The position numbers were made by a program, and so were the translations under genes. This document shows, piece by piece, positions 58,862 through 63,186 of a stretch of DNA of 63,186 nucleotides. Below the pieces are notes generated by a model that saw only the letters and a list, made by a program, of their open reading frames with translations, had not been told where the DNA came from and ran no database searches. Origin of the DNA: Gemmatimonadaceae bacterium (GTDB lineage: Bacteria; Gemmatimonadota; Gemmatimonadetes; Gemmatimonadales; Gemmatimonadaceae); assembly GCA_031379145.1 (NCBI GenBank), contig JANNEV010000711.1, positions 1-63,186 on the forward strand, read 5' to 3'. How positions within the stretch are numbered: position 1 is the stretch's first letter; the number at the start of each line of letters is the position of its first letter.

Positions 58862-59580
58862 TCGTCATCTCCGTAAACAGTCAGGTCATCCCGGCGTGCG
58901 GTGGCCGACATCACGGCACGCACGCGCGGGAGCAAGTTGGTTTCCCGCATGGTTTCCGTGGGTGCGCGCTGGGCTTCCGGCGCGTCCGTCCCACGGGCCT
59001 GCATGATCTGCATCAACACGAGTTCAAGGTCCTGCAAGAGCCGTCGTGTTCGATCATCGCGCAGCGACGGATCATCGAGCAACAGCCGCGTGGTACTCAA
59101 CAGCTCGCGGGCCCACGCGGATACGTCCGGTACGGGCCCCTCGGTTGCCTTGCGATCGCGCACGGCCGTGAGCAATGACACCGTACGAACCAGATGCTCC
59201 TGCATCGCCACCCGCGCGGGTGCCGAGAGCGAGTCGGCACGAGCGGTGGCCACTTGTACGGAAGCAGCAGGCCGTGGCAGCGCATATCGCCCGATCCCCA
59301 CACCGGCAAGCAGGACCGCGGCAATGGCCGCGACACCACGCCACTGCGTCCAGCGCGCGCTGCGACCGCTCGGCATCTCGGTCGACGTGTGCCGACGCGC
59401 CGCGATACGCTTCCACATGAGCTCACGCGGCACGTCGACGTGTGTATCATCGTCGTCGCGTGACACATCGTGCGCCAACGCCAGCATCCACGCGTCCAAC
59501 GGCGCGTCGGTCAGCCCGTCCGCGGAAGCGACGTCCTCTGGCAGCGACGACTCGTGTCCGCCTGGTTGTTTGTCAGTCAT
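58858..59580 (-). CDS. Putative single-pass anti-sigma factor
   Basis: ATGA overlap with the sigma gene; PRELMWKRI, one TM (GVAAIAAVLLAGVGIG), short extracytoplasmic helical domain. Confidence 0.7.
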   Translation of the reverse strand: MTDKQPGGHESSLPEDVASADGLTDAPLDAWMLALAHDVSRDDDDTHVDVPRELMWKRIAARRHTSTEMPSGRSARWTQWRGVAAIAAVLLAGVGIGRYALPRPAASVQVATARADSLSAPARVAMQEHLVRTVSLLTAVRDRKATEGPVPDVSAWARELLSTTRLLLDDPSLRDDRTRRLLQDLELVLMQIMQARGTDAPEAQRAPTETMRETNLLPRVRAVMSATARRDDLTVYGDDE

Positions 59581-60119
59581 GCAAGTTCCCTCTTGGCAAA
59601 CGGCGCGAGCGCCGTGCGTAGCTTTTCCCGAGCGCGGGACAGCTGCGATTTGCTGGTGCCAACGGCGACACCGAGCGCCTGTCCGATCTCTTCGTGCGTA
59701 CATCCTTCCACATCGTGCATCACGAACACCCGTCGAGTGCCTTCGGGGAGCGCCGCGATAGCACTGCGCATGCAACTTCTGAGATCCGGCTCCGACTCCA
59801 CCGGCCAGCGTCCCACCAAGTCCGCGTCCTCGAGCGGCGCGTGCCTGGCATCCCGACGCTTGAGGGTACGGAGTCCGTTCAGCGTGATCGACACCGCGAT
59901 GGCGTGCAGCCAACTCGAGAGGGCAGAATCCCCGCGAAACTGTCCGATCCGCTCGAAGGCGCGAACGAACGTGTCCTGGGTCCAGTCCTGCGCGAGATCC
60001 GTCCGCCCACTCATCCGATAGACGAGTCGGTACACACGATCAACGTGCCGTTCGTAGAACTCGCGTTCTGCGATGGTGTCGTTCGTCTGCAGTCGGGCGA
60101 GCAGCTCCGCGTCACTCAC
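59577..60119 (-). CDS. ECF RNA polymerase sigma factor
   Basis: AQDWTQDTFVRAF...FRGDSALSSWLHAIA (region 2); LPEGTRRVFVMHDVEGCTHEEIG...GTSKSQLSRAR (region 4). Confidence 0.95.
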   Translation of the reverse strand: MSDAELLARLQTNDTIAEREFYERHVDRVYRLVYRMSGRTDLAQDWTQDTFVRAFERIGQFRGDSALSSWLHAIAVSITLNGLRTLKRRDARHAPLEDADLVGRWPVESEPDLRSCMRSAIAALPEGTRRVFVMHDVEGCTHEEIGQALGVAVGTSKSQLSRAREKLRTALAPFAKRELA

Positions 60120-60174
60120 GGTTGCGCCGCCGGGCGTCGGTCAGGGTGTTGTTCGCATGCATGTGCACATCAGT

Positions 60175-60201
60175 GACAGCACATGCGGCAGGAGAGTTGC
60201 A
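60175..60201 (-). promoter_or_regulatory. Candidate ECF-type autoregulatory promoter
   Basis: Minus strand TGCAAC-N17-TGTC upstream of the sigma gene. Confidence 0.4.
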
Positions 60202-60258
60202 TGAGGCGAATGCCGCGGGCGATGCCGGCGCGACTTTCAGGGCGCAGCCCTGGGCGGA

Positions 60259-60921
60259 CTACAACGCGGCTTCGCTCCGTTGCACGGCGATATGCTCGCC
60301 ACGGGCCGGCACCGGACTAGGCTGGGCAGCACCCGCGCCGAGCGCGCGCGAATTGGACTCGCTGAAGACCTTCGTGATGAAGCGCTGTCCTTCGCCAATC
60401 CGCTCCACTTCGAGCCCGATGGACTCCACGGCTTCGCTCAACTGCTCCAGTCGCTGCTGCACTTCCCTGGGGACCGGAGCAATGACCGTCGCGCCCTTTT
60501 TCCAGATACGCCTGGCGTACGCAATGGCAATCGGCATGAGCACAGCGAGCGTGAAGACGATCGGAATCGCCATGATCTCTTCAGGCGGTCCATTGCGCAC
60601 GTAGGGTGGCGGCTCCACGATGGCACCCGGCACGGCGGCCGCCTTGGCGACCGCCGCGTCGGCTTCGGCAATCTGCGCGTCGACGGTGGCGATTCGAGCA
60701 TCAACCTCCTTGATGCGGGCTGTCACACCGGCCCTTGTCGCCTCATTCGACTCCTCCCGATTGAGCTGATTGGTCAAGTCGTTGCGTTTTTCCTCCAGCG
60801 TCTCCAGCTGACTGCGCAACTCCTTGCGCTGGTTCTTCGTGGCCGTGTACACGTCGGCAGCGGTGGCGCTGCGGGCGAGGCGCGCGAATTCTGGGGCGGC
60901 AGCAGCGGGCTGTTCCTGCAT
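60259..60921 (-). CDS. Coiled-coil membrane protein of unknown function
   Basis: N-terminal coiled coil, one TM (IPIVFTLAVLMPIAIAYA), C-terminal RLEQLSEAVESIGLEVERIGEGQRF. Confidence 0.8.
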   Translation of the reverse strand: MQEQPAAAAPEFARLARSATAADVYTATKNQRKELRSQLETLEEKRNDLTNQLNREESNEATRAGVTARIKEVDARIATVDAQIAEADAAVAKAAAVPGAIVEPPPYVRNGPPEEIMAIPIVFTLAVLMPIAIAYARRIWKKGATVIAPVPREVQQRLEQLSEAVESIGLEVERIGEGQRFITKVFSESNSRALGAGAAQPSPVPARGEHIAVQRSEAAL

Positions 60922-60982
60922 TCCGGTTTCCTGACAGGGTCACGATGAAAGGCGCCGCGAGCATCGGCTCCACTCGAGGCCG

Positions 60983-61009
60983 TACGCCCGCGTTACGAAA
61001 GGCGTTTCA
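60983..61009 (-). promoter_or_regulatory. Candidate ECF-type promoter
   Basis: Minus strand TGAAAC-N17-CGTA upstream of 60921, inside a 12-bp repeat. Confidence 0.45.
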
Positions 61010-61240
61010 GGGGGCGTTTCAGGAGGCGTTTGAGCCCTCGAAACGGGGCGAGTCCACTGAACGGAGAGGTCTCCGTCCGACCGTGCACCGACGGAGGTGC
61101 ATTTTCACCCTTCTCCCACCGTTTCGCCAATCGGAACCGGAGATCCTCTCCATCGAACCGCCGTTGCCGTCGACGCTCCGAGCAGAGGTCTTGTTGTTGC
61201 GAGTAGATTTTCAAAGTCCTCTCTCTCAATCAGACTTTCC

Positions 61241-62080
61241 TTGAATCCTTGGGCTTCCACAGTACTGGCCGTCGGCGCGATCTCGGGCCTTCCGCTGGTG
61301 GTGACACTGCTGCTCGCACGGCAGGAGCGCGTGCTGCGTACGCTGCTCCCGCAGTTGACTGCGTTTGGCGCAGGTGCCGTGTTTGGCGCCGCCGTTGGTC
61401 ATTTGATACCGGAATCCCTTCACGCGGGGCAATCCGGCGCAACCGTCGCGCTGGGTGTTACCGTGGGGTTTTCGCTGTTCTGGGTCATCGAGCGGTCGCT
61501 GGCGAAACACGATCATGCACACGCGCACGGTGTGTTTTTGGGAGCACCATCAGCTCATGAAAGCGACAGCAGCGAGGCATCTTGTATTCACCTGCACGAG
61601 GAGTCTGCTCAGGAAATCGCCCAGCGTTCGGCATCGCGAACGCTGGTGGCAATGACGTTTTTTGGCGACACCGCGCATAACCTGGTCGACGGCGTCCTGA
61701 TCGCCGCGGGGTTTCTGACCAATCCTTCGGTGGGCGTGATGACTCTTGTCGCCGTGGCGCTGCATGAACTCCCGCGGGAGATCGGCACCTTCAGCCTGTT
61801 CGTGCTCGGGGGCATCCGGCCGATGCGCGCGGTGATGTACAACCTGATGACCGGTGTCGTCGCCATGACCGGTGCGCTGCTCACGTTGCTGGTCGGCTCG
61901 CGGCTCGCCGACGCGGTCACGCTTCTGCTGCCAGTCGCCGCCGGCACGTATCTGTACATCGCCCTCGTCGTCGCGCGCGCGGCGCTCCGGGACACCCGCA
62001 CGGAGCCGGCCCACTGGGGCCGGCTTGGCTGGGTGGGCGCCGGCGCTGGTGCCATGGTCGGAGCGGCGATGTTGGGATAG
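61241..62080 (+). CDS. ZIP-family metal (zinc) transporter
   Basis: HLIPES, His-rich loop HDHAHAH, GDTAHNLVDG, VALHELPREIG, AAGTYLYIA; TTG start estimated. Confidence 0.9.
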   Translation: MNPWASTVLAVGAISGLPLVVTLLLARQERVLRTLLPQLTAFGAGAVFGAAVGHLIPESLHAGQSGATVALGVTVGFSLFWVIERSLAKHDHAHAHGVFLGAPSAHESDSSEASCIHLHEESAQEIAQRSASRTLVAMTFFGDTAHNLVDGVLIAAGFLTNPSVGVMTLVAVALHELPREIGTFSLFVLGGIRPMRAVMYNLMTGVVAMTGALLTLLVGSRLADAVTLLLPVAAGTYLYIALVVARAALRDTRTEPAHWGRLGWVGAGAGAMVGAAMLG

Positions 62081-62260
62081 GCTGGGCGTTTTTGTCTGAA
62101 CTCCGCACTCCGGAGGAGCACTCGCCAACGCCCAACACCTTGACCTGTGCCACCTTCCGGGTCATTCATTCATGCTTCGCTCGATGTTCGTGTGGTTGGC
62201 GACCGAGCTCCCTATCACGCGCTTCCGCCGGCAATGGCAGCGCAAAGCTGGAGAAGCAAG

Positions 62261-62506
62261 ATGGCCAAAGCAGGCATTCACCCGCCGTATCATCCCGTCG
62301 TGTTCAAAGACTCGTCCACCGGAACCACGGTGATCACGCGGTCGACCATGACGAGCGAGCAGAAAATCACGATGGATGACGGGAACCAGTATCCCCTGAT
62401 CCTCCTCGAAATCACCAGCGACTCGCATCCGTTCTACACCGGCACGCAGCGCCTCATCGACACGCAGGGTCGCGTCGACAAGTTCAAGAAGCGCTACAAC
62501 CGCTAG
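62261..62506 (+). CDS. rpmE2: 50S ribosomal protein L31, type B (Cys-free)
   Basis: [13 protein letters not shown]...TRST...[18 protein letters not shown]...[10 protein letters not shown]; no CxxC; GGAG SD. Confidence 0.95.
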   Translation: MAKAGIHPPYHPVVFKDSSTGTTVITRSTMTSEQKITMDDGNQYPLILLEITSDSHPFYTGTQRLIDTQGRVDKFKKRYNR

Positions 62507-62513
62507 ATCGGAT

Positions 62514-63186
62514 TTACTCTCCCGGCGGCGCCGAATTAGTGAGCACACTGGTCACGGCGAGCACGAGAAGGGCGAAGGCGAGTTCCGCTTTCATTGTTGA
62601 TCCAGACGGCGCCTGCTCCTGCAGCAGGCGCCGTCGGTGCGTTTGACCCTGCCAGAGTACGATGAGCACCAGTACGGTCTTGCCGAGAAGCAGCTGCGCG
62701 TAGCTACTGCCAAGGATCGAGGTCACATCGGCCGGCGTCGACACCCCAGCATGGAGCGGCGGAAGCCCAAGCCGTCGCCACGCCGATACCACGCCGGTGA
62801 ACACGGCCAGGGGGGCGGCGACAGTGGCCACGGCGCTGAACGCGCGCCACGCTGCGATGGTCGCGGGCACGCGCTGCTCCTCCAACAGCATCAGTGCCAG
62901 CCCGCCGATCCAGGCGCCAATCGTCAGCACATGCATCGCGTCCACGACGCGCACCGCAATCGGGTAGGCCTCGTCCGCTGCGGCGTGGCCGAGTCCGCCC
63001 ATCGCGGCCGCCAGCCCACCGGCAGCCACGGCAGCAATGACAGCGCCCGCGCGCGACGCGCCGAACGTTGAGGGACGAGCCAGCGCCACGGCCGCACCGC
63101 ATACCGCCGTCGCGGCCAGCCAGCACCAGTGGCGTCCCCATGTGGTTTGCGTGAGCAGCATGCGCCAGGCCGATCCCGTGGGCTCG
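62514..63186 (-). CDS. CopD-family copper resistance membrane protein (5' end outside the window)
   Basis: QTTWG, GHAAA, DAMHVLTIGAWIGGL, FSAVA...TGV, YAQLLLGK, E-x-x-x-ALLVLAVTSVL. Confidence 0.8.
   Translation of the reverse strand, partial: EPTGSAWRMLLTQTTWGRHWCWLAATAVCGAAVALARPSTFGASRAGAVIAAVAAGGLAAAMGGLGHAAADEAYPIAVRVVDAMHVLTIGAWIGGLALMLLEEQRVPATIAAWRAFSAVATVAAPLAVFTGVVSAWRRLGLPPLHAGVSTPADVTSILGSSYAQLLLGKTVLVLIVLWQGQTHRRRLLQEQAPSGSTMKAELAFALLVLAVTSVLTNSAPPGE

Overview
GC-rich bacterial chromosomal segment, densely coding, with about 50 genes. No rRNA, tRNA, CRISPR array, transposase or integrase was recognised. The gene content suggests a Gemmatimonadota-like organism (inference): several membrane Ser/Thr kinases, a Gly/Arg-rich M14 peptidase, an ECF sigma factor with HEAT-repeat partners and a fused E1 alpha/beta. 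Housekeeping genes include lon, a class A PBP, nadE, speB, E1, rpmE2 and a ZIP transporter. Four elements stand out. (1) A cyanophycin locus (cphB-cphA, divergent iadA) with a third, co-transcribed CphA paralogue that keeps the N and Mur-ligase domains but has lost the ATP-grasp core. (2) A cobalamin riboswitch in front of what looks like a B12-DEPENDENT monomeric class II ribonucleotide reductase, with a possible overlapping uORF. (3) A tandem pair of paralogous kinase-TM-coiled-coil proteins divergent from lon. (4) An orphan gene preceded by five TCAAC boxes at exact 11-bp spacing. All calls rest on motif reading by eye; no database searches were run, and many start codons are best estimates.
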